In this document: positions 47,130 through 59,653 of the stretch, in pieces
How positions within the stretch are numbered: the first letter of the stretch is position 1
Layout: the number at the start of each line of letters is the position of its first letter
Assembly: GCA_010093605.1 (NCBI GenBank)
Contig: MU004182.1
Span: 1,459,032 to 1,523,031 of the forward strand
Origin: Lophium mytilinum
Taxonomy: Eukaryota
Direction: 5' to 3'
Length of the DNA stretch: 64,000 bases
Position numbers and translations under genes: made by a program
The notes under the pieces: model-generated
The model's input: the letters and a program-made list of their open reading frames with translations, nothing else
Databases searched by the model: none
Told to the model about the DNA's origin: nothing

Positions 47130-50100
47130 GATCTACTCCCTTTCTATTTCTCTTACTATTAAGAGGTAGGGTAGTAGGTCTATTCTCTATAGAAACTATT
47201 TAGCTACTATCTTAGGTTTTTTTTTACTTTTATATATTTTCTTATATATCTAAGTTTTTACTTTTTTAAATAGTTTACCTTTACTCTTTATATGCCTCTT
47301 ATAGTTTATTACTATATAGTATAGTAATTAGAGGCTATACCTATAGAGGTAGGCTAGTATTAGATAGCCTAGTATCTATATATAGTATAGGTATCTATTA
47401 AGCCCTATATACTCTATTTATAGGTTTATAAAAATAGTACTTTTAACCTTTATAAGCCCTTTATATATAGTCTTCTATTATTTACTCTATTTAGTATTAA
47501 GGGCTAGCGTTAGTAGCCTATACTATTCTATTTTATAAAAGAACTTCTATACCTTCTTCTACCTTTCTTTATATTTATATTTAATTATAAATTACCTTAA
47601 GTACTTATAGGCTTTATTTAATTTATCTTTATATCTAGTATATAACCTTATAGCCTTTACTATAAGATTATAAAGTATATTATAGCAGCTAGAGCTATAC
47701 TTTAGCCTTATAAATAGTCTATAGTAGGTATAGATTTCCCTATATATATTACTATATACTATTTTAATATACTAGCGTACTAGCCCTTTATATATATAGT
47801 CCGCGTAAGCTACTATAAATTTCTCTAGTTTTAGCTAGAGTAGTAAGTATAATATTTTATATTCTAGTACTATAGTACTTATAGTCTTATATACTTCTAA
47901 AATTCTCTAGAGGTATTAGTTCTAGGCTATTTTAAGCTACTTAATCTTTATTTTACTAAGCTACTCTAGTATACCTAATATAGTATACTAGGTAGTATAT
48001 CTATATATAATAGTAGGCTAGACTACTACTAAGTATATAAGGCGTACTTTTCTAAAGCTAGCGCCCTAAGTAGATACTATAAGCTATATAAGTACCCCTA
48101 TCTAGGTTATAGCTTTATTCTTTATAATACTAATATATAGGCCCTATTTAAGCTTTAAGTCTATCTATATTTCTAGTACTTTTAGATCTATTATAGGGCC
48201 CTCTATAAAGCCTTATATATTAACTATAGCTTTTAGATTAACTTCTTTATAGGCTCTTATAAAGTATATTAGATAATATTTATCTAGTATAAATACTATA
48301 CTATACTTTCTTACCTATTCTATACATCTATTATAGGCTCTTTTAATAGCTTTATAGTTTACCTCTATAGTTCTACTATATATAAGAATATTTATATTAT
48401 TTATAAACCTATAGGCTATTATATTACTATTCTAGAGGGTTAGTAGTAGTATACTAGTAAAGAAGAAAAAGAGAATAGATAATAAGAAGAAGCTCTATAG
48501 AATACCTATAGTAACTATAATTAGTTCTACTATATAGTTTTCTATAAAGAGTCTAGTTATATAGTCTTATAGAAAGAACCTAGTAAATCTTATTATCTAC
48601 TTTAGTATACTCTAGACCTATAGATTATATATTATTTATTTATATAAGACTTAGTTAAATACTTCTAATATATCTAGGCTAAGAAGTAATACTATAAGCT
48701 ATAGGTTTTCTTTCTATATAGTATAGATTTATTCTATAAGAAGTTTAAGTACTATCTATATAAAGCGTTCTAGCTATACCCCTATTTAGCTAGGTAGTAG
48801 TATACTCTTTTTCTCTACTATTTTAGAGAGCCTTTTAGCTATAATATATTTAAATAGCTTACCTATTATTTCTAGTAGTATAATAGGCCTATAGGCCTTT
48901 ACTATTATATAGAATACTTTCTAGAGTTTATATAGAACTACTATAATTAATTCTTTAAAGGGGTAGAGATAGTATTCTCTATATAGGTACTTTATAAAGA
49001 AGTAAGTAAGTACTAGTACTAGTTATATCTTATACTTCTTTAAGAATCTATTTATAATTTCTATAATTCTAGAGGCCTTATCTAGCGTAATTTCTATTAG
49101 TACTAAGAGTATATTTTTTATAGTAACTTCTATAGAAGTAGTATATAGTTTTAGGTATTAGAACTCTTCTAAGTTAGATAGGTTAGCTTCTACTAGTAGT
49201 AGAAAGAACTATTTAGTAAGTATATATACTTTTATCTTATTATCTATATATAGGGTAGAGTTACCTAGCTAAAAGAGAGGGGGAAATTAAAGAGGGGGCC
49301 TTAATTTCTTTCTAACTATATAGCTCTATTTAGCTAGTTTCTATATATCTTTAGAGTTATTTATTACTTTCTCTACTATATAGTACTATGCCTTAGTACT
49401 CTCTTTCTATATAGCTCTTTTTTTATAGTTATATTAAACTTAGTATAAGATTTAGTTCTTTATAGAGTATAATAAGCGCTATATTCTATATACTTGCCTA
49501 GCTTATATACCTTTTCTAAGTACTTCTTAGTCTAGAATAGTAATATATATTATAAGGGCCGTATAATTAGTACTATAGTATTAATAGTAATTTTAATAAG
49601 TTAGTAGAGAATATATATAAAGTTATCTAGGTTTTCTTTTTCTTTATTATCTAGGGGGTTATTCTAGTTTTCTAGCTTAAGTAGTTAGGCTATAAGGTGC
49701 TTCTATATATTCTTTTATATAATATTCTTCTATAGCTAGTATAGAGGCTATTTAGTTACTAGTAGTAGTATAATATTAAATTCTATATATATAGGGCGGT
49801 AGTCTAAGTAATAGTTCTACTTCTCTTAAACTATATAGAATATTATATATTATATTAGCTATCTAGATATAAATATAAGGTTAATTATAGTCTACTATAT
49901 TTTTCTTATTTATATTTCTATACCCTTCTCTATAGCTAGAGTTAGGCCTACTTCTATTATAATATAAATAAGCTTCTTAGCTTACTCTTCTATACTAACT
50001 ATTTATATTTCTCTCTAGAATAGGTAGTATAGGTTTATATTACCTATAAGTATATACTCTACCTTTTTATATAGTATAGAGAGTAGTATAGCTATAATTC

Positions 50101-50445
50101 TATATAGCTTTAGATTATAGATATTATAAATTTAAATATTCTCTCCTCTAGCCTAGAGAAAGAGAGTAATAAGGTCTAGTAAGTAGTACTCTATAGTCTA
50201 TTAGCCTAGATTTAGGCACTTATTAATATATATATATATTCTAGTATTTAGACTTTCTCTATATAGTAGGTAGTATAATTTTATATATAGTAAGGTATAT
50301 TTCTAGATATTCTTCTATAGTTTTTATATAGCTAGCACTAATAGTTAGGGCTAGGCTGCCTTTACCTTCTTAAGAAACTCTTTTTAGGTTTCTTAGCTCT
50401 TATTAATATTATACTATATAATAGTAAGTATATTAGGTTACTCTA
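47130..50445 (-). pseudogene. LINE ORF2: APE endonuclease, reverse transcriptase, C-terminal CCHC (ends approximate)
   Basis: De-RIPped motifs in order: QYNINKS and AIQEPW (~50420-50310), GDMNLHHPFW (~50040), SDHRPI (~49800), KAYRPI.LLE (~48890), LDISGAFD (~48670), GIPQGSPLSPILF (~48500), GFVDD (~48400), LGIWIDSKLKW (~48160), CPCG...H....C (~47350-47300). Confidence 0.92.
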
Positions 50446-52306
50446 ATATTAGGTATCTATAGAGTCTTTAGGGTTATTTATTATAGCCTAGCTAGCCTTA
50501 GTATAGAGCTAATAGCTTACTACCTCTTCTTTCTAGGTAGATAGTACCTAAGTTATATTAAATTATAATAGTCTAGTATTATTACTATAGGTTATTATCT
50601 AAGAGTAGTATAGTATTTTATAGGTAGGCTATAGAGTTTTATAGAAAGGCTACGGGCTATTATAGTAAGGCTATAGGTTATTATAGTTAGACTACTATAT
50701 TAAATAGAAAGTATATATTAATTAGGTAGTCTATATAGTATAGATAGACTATAGTACTTTATTTATCTTTAGTTATTTTAGGTTTTTATACGCGGTAAAT
50801 ATAGTAGATATAGAGGGGCGTTCTACTCTTTTTAGAGTACTACTATCTAGTATATTACTATTCTTAGTAGCCTTTCTCTTTCTACTTACTATATTAAGAG
50901 CTTATAATTCTATTATAGATTAGAATATTACTATACCCGGCGTACTATTAGTATTATTATTAGGGCTATTATTAGCCCTATAGTAGGTTAGCGCTATCTA
51001 CCTCTTTATATTAGCTTTTAGTTAAGTATTTTTTCTTATAGTGCACGCTATACTATATAATAGGTAGCTTCTCTTATAGTTAGTATACTTTTTAATACTT
51101 TTCTCTATGTATTATCTTATATTATAAGCTTCTACGCACGCTATATATACTGCCTTCTTCTTATAGTATTTAGTAATATATTTATAGCCCTAGTATTAGA
51201 AGTATTAGGTAGCTATAAAGCCTACCTTATACTTTATAGCCTCTAGTATATATTTATTCTATACTAAACTACTATCTATAATTTTATTTACTATTACCTC
51301 TATATCTATAGTAACTATAGCTAATAAGGCGCGCTATTTAAAGTTATTTCTAATAGCCTAGATTTAATTTAGGTGCTTCTATATAATTTTATATATAGCT
51401 AGGCCTAGATATAGTACCTTATTATCTTATATAATACTACTTTATAGTATTAGGTTCTCTAAGTCTATTTCTTTAGGTACTCTATATACCTTTAGAAGGA
51501 CCTTAGGTAGTTAGATTTATACTATTTTACCTAGAACCTTTATCTATTTCTTCTTCTTTAATAGGGCTTTCTTAGTAGTTATATCTAGTATATAGACCTT
51601 TATATCTTTACTCTAGAGCTTTCTAATACTATAGATCTTTATTATATTAGGCTCTTCTACTACTTAGAGCTTATAGATAATAGTTATATTTAAGTCCTTA
51701 TTTATTGCAGTGCGTTTCTTTTTATCTTTAATATATATAGTAATTTTATAGATAGTCTATATTATATACTCTCTATTTTCTATAGTCTTACTATTTCTTT
51801 CTACTACTACTACTACTATATAGGTTATTTCTTATATAGATAGCGCCTATATACTCTTTTATATTTTCTCTATTATTTTTATTATCTTTCTCTATAGTAT
51901 TTATTATAGGTCCTCTATAGTACCTAAGAGGCTAGCTAGTATACGCCTAGTAAAGTTCTAGAGGTACTTAAGAGTATTATTTATCTTAGGGTTAAAGAAT
52001 ATAGGCTTATTCTATAGAGAGTTCTATATACTATAGGCTTCTTTAATAAGTACTTAGACATTAGTATAGATATTCTACTTAGTCTTTAGTTAGTAGGTTT
52101 AGTTTTAGAATTATTATTAGTATTATTAGTAGTATTATTATTATTATTATTATTATTAATAATACTATATAATAGAGGTTATAATATATAATTCTACTAT
52201 AATACTACTAGTATAGCTTATAGAGCTCTAATACTATATATAAATATTTATAGAGCCTTAAGTAGCTTCTAAAGGCCCTTTTTAGGTTATATTTCTAAGG
52301 TGCTAT
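50440..52306 (-). pseudogene. LINE ORF1 (gag-like, triple zinc knuckle; ends approximate)
   Basis: At ~51210-51020 de-RIPs to QCF.CQGY.HI.K.C - C.AC..AH....C - C.NC...H......C, the triple-knuckle arrangement of Tad1-clade ORF1. Confidence 0.88.
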
Positions 52307-53423
52307 AAATTTAATTATATTATATTTCTTTCTCTTAGCTAGTATTCTAAGTCTTAGAGTTTTAGAAGTTTATTAATAATTAAGGCTTAACTAAGAAGAT
52401 AATAGAGATATCTTAGCTTACTAGAGAGGTTACTATTATCTTAGCTAAGCTAATCTAAGCTAAGATCTTTTAGGAAATCTATAAGTTCTAAGGTAATTCT
52501 AGGCCCTTTTAGCTCTTTAATACTTATAAGAAGCTACTATATAACTTTAACTTTATAGATTATCTTACTAAGTCTACTAAGGCTATAGAATACTCTATTA
52601 CTTCTAGTACTAGTAGATCTTAGATAGAGACTAATAAGAATAGCTCTTCTTTTTCTCTTACTTAGCTCTAGAGAGATGTCTATTAGTTAGCTATTAAAGA
52701 AAGGGATTTCCTTAATAAGTTAGAGACTAATAATTTAGATTAGAAAGATAAAAAGAATACTAAATATTATTATATCTATAGGTAACTTAAGACTAGATAT
52801 TTTATTTAGCTTAGAACTTATTCTATTTAGAGTCTTATAGATTCTTAGATCTATTTTAAGATAGTTTCTTCTTTTAAATAGTAGCTTTTCTAGTAAATTA
52901 TCTCTAGAATATTCTTTTAAACTACTATAGATTCTAATTAACTACTTAGATCTAGAACTATTATTAAAATTATAGGTAATATCTTAAGATTTATAAACTC
53001 TTCCCGGTAGTTTAATACTTATTAGATTACTTTTTATTTTTAGGCTAAGAGAGTTTCTCTAACCCTTTAGTTTTACTATAATTATTTCTTTTCTTAGCTA
53101 GAAGGTAAACCTATAGGTTCTATATAAATAGTATATATTATTAACTATTACTAATTAATATTATAGGTTCTATAGATAATATCTTAATATTTCTCTACTT
53201 ATATAGATAGGTTCTCTTTTATTATTATAGCTAGGGGTTATAGAGTTTAGGTAAAAGTTATTTTATTAAGAGATTTTAGGTATAGGCTTTATAGTTTATA
53301 TAATTTATTAGCGTAGATATTTTTCTTCTTATTCTTCTCTTTTTCTTTTCTATTTTATAGGCTTAAGAATATTCTTTTAGTAGGCATTTAACTATATATT
53401 AAATAAGGTTTTTATAGAAGAAA

Positions 53424-53589
53424 TATTAGCCCCTACTATAGGTAACATTCTCTTAGTTAGTATAGGCCTGTGCACGGCGATGCCTTCTTCCCTGCACTCT
53501 TAGCATTAGCTAGTTATTACCTACACCAATAATACGACTTTCTATACAACACCCGTGCACTGCCTTGTGAGCTACATCGAGCCCTTTCA
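53424..53589 (+). repeat. 3' LTR (166 bp), preceded by a short purine tract agaagaaa (53416-53423)
   Basis: Direct repeat of 37610-37775, ends in CA and is followed by TSD CCGC. Confidence 0.96.
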
Positions 53590-55376
53590 CCGCCGACCGG
53601 CTCTAGCCAATGGGTGCTTTGGACTCCGCGTGTCTAGTGATGCGCTTCCCTCTGAAGGCATCGTTCCATCTTGGTCGTGAGTATTTGTCAGGAATCTCTC
53701 CTATCGAATTGATGGTGTTGCCTAATGCGTATAGTTACTTCGACTCTCCGGCTCTCTATGGTAGAGACTTTTTGAAATTCGAGACTATCATCTGCACATG
53801 GATCAGCCTCGAGAAACAGACAGTGACTGAGGTTCGTATCTCGAAATGTTTCGCAGATCTAATCATCTAACGGCTCGCAGCTCCCCGTATCCCTTCTGTA
53901 TTTGAGCGACTTCTTACCTATCAAAAACGAAGTCCAGATGAAACTCATCGACGACTTTATTGCGAATGTTGAGTCGGCCTACAACATCAAAACCGAGAAA
54001 TTGTCCATTGCGGAGAAATGGAAAGCGACCAAGCCCGCTAATGTCGATGTGGTATCTATTCAAGAATATCTTCAGGATGTAGGAACCTTTCCCCAATCTC
54101 CCTTACTCTGCCAGTCCATTTTCGCTCATCAAAGCCAGGTTGGAGTCAACTCGTTCTGCTATGGGGTCTACCACGAGCTTGACTGGTTTTGGAATGAGTA
54201 CCAAGAGAAGTTTGACAAAGCTCCCTATGTCAATCCCGTCATGCAATGGAGATGGTGCGTTACCTGCTCGCTATCTGCACGGTTTGCTAAGGCCAAACAC
54301 AGGAAAGCCGCAGAAGATATTACGAAAGCACAGTACGACGACGCGGTAAATCGACTGCGTATTTACAAAGACTGGTTTCTTCAGGAGGTTATGCAGGTTG
54401 GGAAGCGTAACACCCTGATTGTATTACCCATAACATCCCAGGAGGTTGACTATAGGGATGTACCACCTGGGTAACTATGCTTCCCTTCGCTCATACCACT
54501 GCTAACACATGAAAAGACCGCCCACTGCACCGAATGCCTTTGATGGAATCTGGTTGGCACCGACGCTTGGCGCCCCAGAAGTATCTATCCCGAGTTTGTT
54601 TATCCAATCCATCCATTCATTTCATTACAGCTAAAAGTTCGAAGTTGGCGAAATGGAATATCACTCACGAGTGAGCGGGCGACAAGAACATCTACCTATA
54701 GTCGTCTCACTACTGGGTATTCCGGGTACGTGTTCGCATCAAAACTTCCAACGCCTTTGCTTACATTTGTCCTATAGGTTCGGACTTGAGTTTGCTCAAG
54801 ACGGTGCGCAAAGTGCTTGAGCACTCTGGGCGACCTCTTTCGGTCAAGGCTGGCTCGCGCATGTGGTAGGCTTCTGCCAATACTGGCAGCAAGTTGGGTC
54901 TGCGCTTGCGTGGATGAGAGTCACGACATAATGAGCAAGGAGCTTTGAAGTGGATCAGGATGCCAGCCTTACTTGTCTGCCAAAGTACTCGAGCTATCCG
55001 AATGACTCATTGTGGTACGCAAGTGCTCGCACCTCCATGCTCTTCCTCCGCCTTTCAGCCTGAGTGATCCTCAGTTGCAGACCGAATTTGAGAACTTCCA
55101 GACGAATTGCGAGCACGTCGACTAGGTTTATAGTGGAAGGCGCACAAACTAGGTGATTCTGTCCTTGACTTCCAAGTCTGTCCGCCTAGTTTACTCATCA
55201 TTATGCCCTGCTAATATCCTTATCACGTCTCTCTGAATCAGCACTGGAACCAACGCGGAATCGTTGATTTTACGACGCAATCAGGAAGATTTTGTAGCTT
55301 CTAGAGACCACGAAGACTTTCGAAATAAGATGAACGTTCTCCAAGATCATCAGGTTCATATCAATCAACACGGTAC

Positions 55377-57212
55377 CTAATATACGTATCTAAAATGCAA
55401 GTTCTCCTTGTCCGTGAAATCTTTGAAGGCCAATCGATCGCCTTCGCGCTCATCCAAACCCAAACCGTCGCGTCTCTTATTTTCGCGACGCAATAGCACA
55501 TAGAGCACCAATGACAACAGTATGGTAATACAATAGCTATGAACATGGTCAGCAGTCAAATACTTCCCATAGCGTGATTGGGGGTTCTCGTCTTCTTACC
55601 AGATGATCAACCCCGTCCAAAGCTCGGGATAATGCTCGCTCTTCGTCTGACTCTTAATCAACTGCGGCCCAATAATATTGCCCACACAATACGCCACAAA
55701 GACCGCCGAAGCCATGAAACTCTTCTTAGTCTCGCCGGCAATATTCCCGGCACCGAGCCCAACTATCAAACCCACGACTGGGCCAAAGAACCCAATCAAC
55801 GAGTACCCAACCACAGGCGCAGCGGGGCGATGCCCCCATTTTGACTTCCAGATTATCACGAATCCCGCGATAACAGGCAGACAGCAGAGTAGAAGCGTTA
55901 TGATCCGGATATTGCGGTACCGCGAGCACAGCCACCCCGTCAATGGTATTCCAACCGCGCAGACGGCGCCGAGCGGGAACTGGAACAGAATGCTCTCGTA
56001 CGACGAGAAGCCGAATGTCGAGACGATTAGGGGGCCGAAGCCTGCTACAGCGCCGTTCACGGTGTACCTGTTTCGATTTAGAAATGCTGGGTTTGCGGAA
56101 TAGAAGGCGCACTCACGCTGACGCCATGATCAGCGCAATGAGCCAGACTTTCACATCGCAGCACGCCTCCCATATCTGCGCTTTCTTGATCTTCGGCGTC
56201 TTGATCCCCGTCTGACCAGCCCTCAGCCTCTCGACCGCCACGATGCGCTCGTCGGGGGTCAAGAACCATGCGTCTAAGGGCGAGTTCGGCAGGAAGAAGC
56301 AGCAGATGCCGAAGAGGAACGTCAGTCCGCCTGCGAGGACGTAGATGTACTGCCAGGACTTCAGCGCGCCGCCGTCGATTTTCGCGAAGCCGTAGTTCAG
56401 GCCGCCGCCGATGATCGTGAACCACCCCGTGCCGGAGAACCACCAGCTCTGTCGGAAAGCTTGCTCGGATTGGGTGTAGAAGCCGCTGATGATGGTCATG
56501 AAGGCGGTGGGGATGAGGGATTCGGTTACGCCTAGAGGTGGTGTTGGTGATCTGTTCTTCGTCAAGTCTTTGGGGAGGTTAGGGGGTTGCGTACCTAGGA
56601 AGAAGCGCTGGACTAGGAGGCCTTGCCATGTGGTTACTCCTGCGGTGGAGGCGCATATCACGGCCCATAGCATCACGACGGGGCCGAGGACTTGGCGCGT
56701 GTTGAAGTGCTGCAGGCTGTATGTCATGGGGTAGGAGCCGACGAGCTGGCCGAAGTAGAAGATTGAGGTTGCCCAGCTCAAGCGGGAGGTGTCTGTCGTT
56801 GGGGGCGTGACGGAGGTGTTTTTCACGGAGAGTTTGAGGTCGGTGGTCATGCCGAATAGGACGGCGCTGCCCAAGATGGCCTACATAGATATGCGAAGTT
56901 AGAGTCTGTAGGTAATGAGATGAATCTCATGTGTACCTTGTCGTAGTAGACCAATCCGTATCCTACAGCATCGATTTAGCCTTGTAGGATGGTAAGTTGT
57001 GGAAGAGAAATTTGGTATGTACCAATTACCATCACCGGCATCAGAAACCAGTCGATTTTTCTCAAGACTCGTCGTTCAAGCCCAGCATCGATAGATCGTG
57101 CTTCCTCGCCCACCAGGTCCAGAGCCGTCATGGTGGCGAAGTCTTTTTCTGCGCGACCGCTGGCTGTGTCATTGGCGGGTGCATCTGCACTCGTGATATT
57201 TGCGATAGACAT
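55377..57212 (-). CDS. MFS allantoate/ureidosuccinate permease-like transporter (Dal5/ACS family), multi-exon
   Basis: ERRVLRKIDWFLMP, YYDK, SWATSIFYFG, LPNSPLDAWFLTPDER, NIAGETKKS, YCVGNIIGPQ, RENKRRD and C-terminal FKDFTDKENLHFRYVY. Confidence 0.92.
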
Positions 57213-57392
57213 GATAACAGAAAGGGCAGATCAAGCAATGCAAGTTGATCGTAAACACTTCCCGATTTTTCAGGAGGAATCCAATCTTTCGTCCTGAACA
57301 GCTTTGCCACCCGAGACCGTGAAGTGCTCAGGGAACGATTAGAACAGAACCCCGCACCTTACTTTAGGACAGGACTCCCGTATTAGACGTTA

Positions 57393-57735
57393 GATAAGTG
57401 ACCAACTGCTGGCGGGAGGATCGAAACTGTTCAACTAGAGATACGAAGTGCGAAATTACGGTGCTGTGAAAGCTAAAAGACCCCGCTACGTGTGTAGAGA
57501 GAACCCTAGTAGAAAAAACCGTAGAGCCATGGCGTGCCCCGCTGCTCAAACAATGAGGGGTGACAACCTTGCCCTGAGGGCGGTAACGTCGATAAAGCAT
57601 GTTGTCGTATACCATGGTTGTACACCTCATTTGCGCTGATTCCGTGCAGGGATTTGTGTTCACATGTCTCTGGAGGTCGGAGTTGGCATGACTTCACGTG
57701 ATCAATCAAAATATTACAGATCATCGAATCGATAA
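57393..57735. promoter_or_regulatory. Possible AreA-type GATA sites upstream of the permease
   Basis: GATAA at 57393, 57591 and 57731. Consistent with nitrogen-catabolite control of Dal5-like genes, but such short motifs can occur by chance. Confidence 0.3.
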
Positions 57736-58088
57736 AACTAGTAGGAGCACTCGACTGCTCATGCTTTTCATACTCATTCATTGTTCTTTATACAACTCTG
57801 CTATCATAGTATTGACAAGAAAGCAAAATAAGGAAAATATCGATCCACTAAATCCCTAAGTAAATTCTCTTAATGTAGACATAGAAACAAAGCACCAAGC
57901 CTATCGGGGCTGCATCCAGCAAGCCCTCTCAAAAGCATGAACAAGAAGTCGGAAGCCCGACATGGACAAAGCAAAACCCATGACCTCGATGTGAGGTATA
58001 TGATGTCCCGGCGGTTTGCCTTGACCCCCTAGATATCCCACCCGGGCAGGAGAACCTTGGAAGCTCCGCGTAGGGAAATAATCAAGAC

Positions 58089-59653
<1,565 letters not shown>

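Larger units (their letters stand above)
46120..52332 (-). mobile_element. Full-length RIP-mutated Tad1-like LINE nested in antisense within the LTR element
   Basis: TSD tcttagctagtatt at 46106-46119 and 52333-52346; (TAA)n tail at 46120-46138; ORF1 and ORF2 motifs recoverable on the minus strand. Confidence 0.93.
44342..53190 (+). pseudogene. Extra ORF of unknown function 3' of integrase, split by the LINE (44342-46119 joined to 52347-~53190)
   Basis: One frame is rich in AAG/GAG/GCT/TCT/GAT codons (e.g. KEEDA at ~45203) and continues in phase across the LINE TSD. Its stops are TAA/TAG, compatible with RIP of CAA/CAG/TGG/CGA. No RT or RNase H motifs seen. Confidence 0.65.
37610..53589 (+). 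mobile_element. RIP-mutated Ty3/gypsy-type LTR retrotransposon, RT-deleted, with extra ORF and nested LINE
   Basis: 166-bp direct terminal repeats, TG at 37610, CA at 53588-53589, TSD CCGC at 37606-37609 and 53590-53593. Interior is very TpA-rich and CpA/TpG-poor; gag, protease and integrase motifs are recoverable. Confidence 0.96.
36482..54869 (+). pseudogene. Amidase-signature family gene interrupted by the LTR element
   Basis: 5' part PLDGLRFAVKD (catalytic Lys), [42 protein letters not shown] up to 37609. It resumes in frame at 53594 as RPALANGCFGLR, with further spliced exons to stop 54867-54869. Start codon uncertain (36482 or 36296). Confidence 0.92.

Noticed and set aside
47217..47225. 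T-run as LINE poly(A) end
   Set aside because: It falls within the ORF2 C-terminal region and has no adjacent TSD.
47130..50445. Antisense RT as the LTR element's own relocated pol
   Set aside because: It is a LINE-type RT (APE domain, PQGSPLSP, FVDD) inside its own TSD and tail.
52111..52165. (ATT)n run as a second LINE tail
   Set aside because: It lies inside the LINE 5' region, probably RIPped Gln/Asn codons of ORF1. The TSD-adjacent tail is at 46120.
37610..53589. AT-rich block as centromere, Starship/large tyrosine-recombinase element or mitochondrial insert
   Set aside because: LTRs, TSD and retroelement motifs account for it. No recombinase or mitochondrial gene motifs were seen, and the AT richness has the RIP dinucleotide signature.
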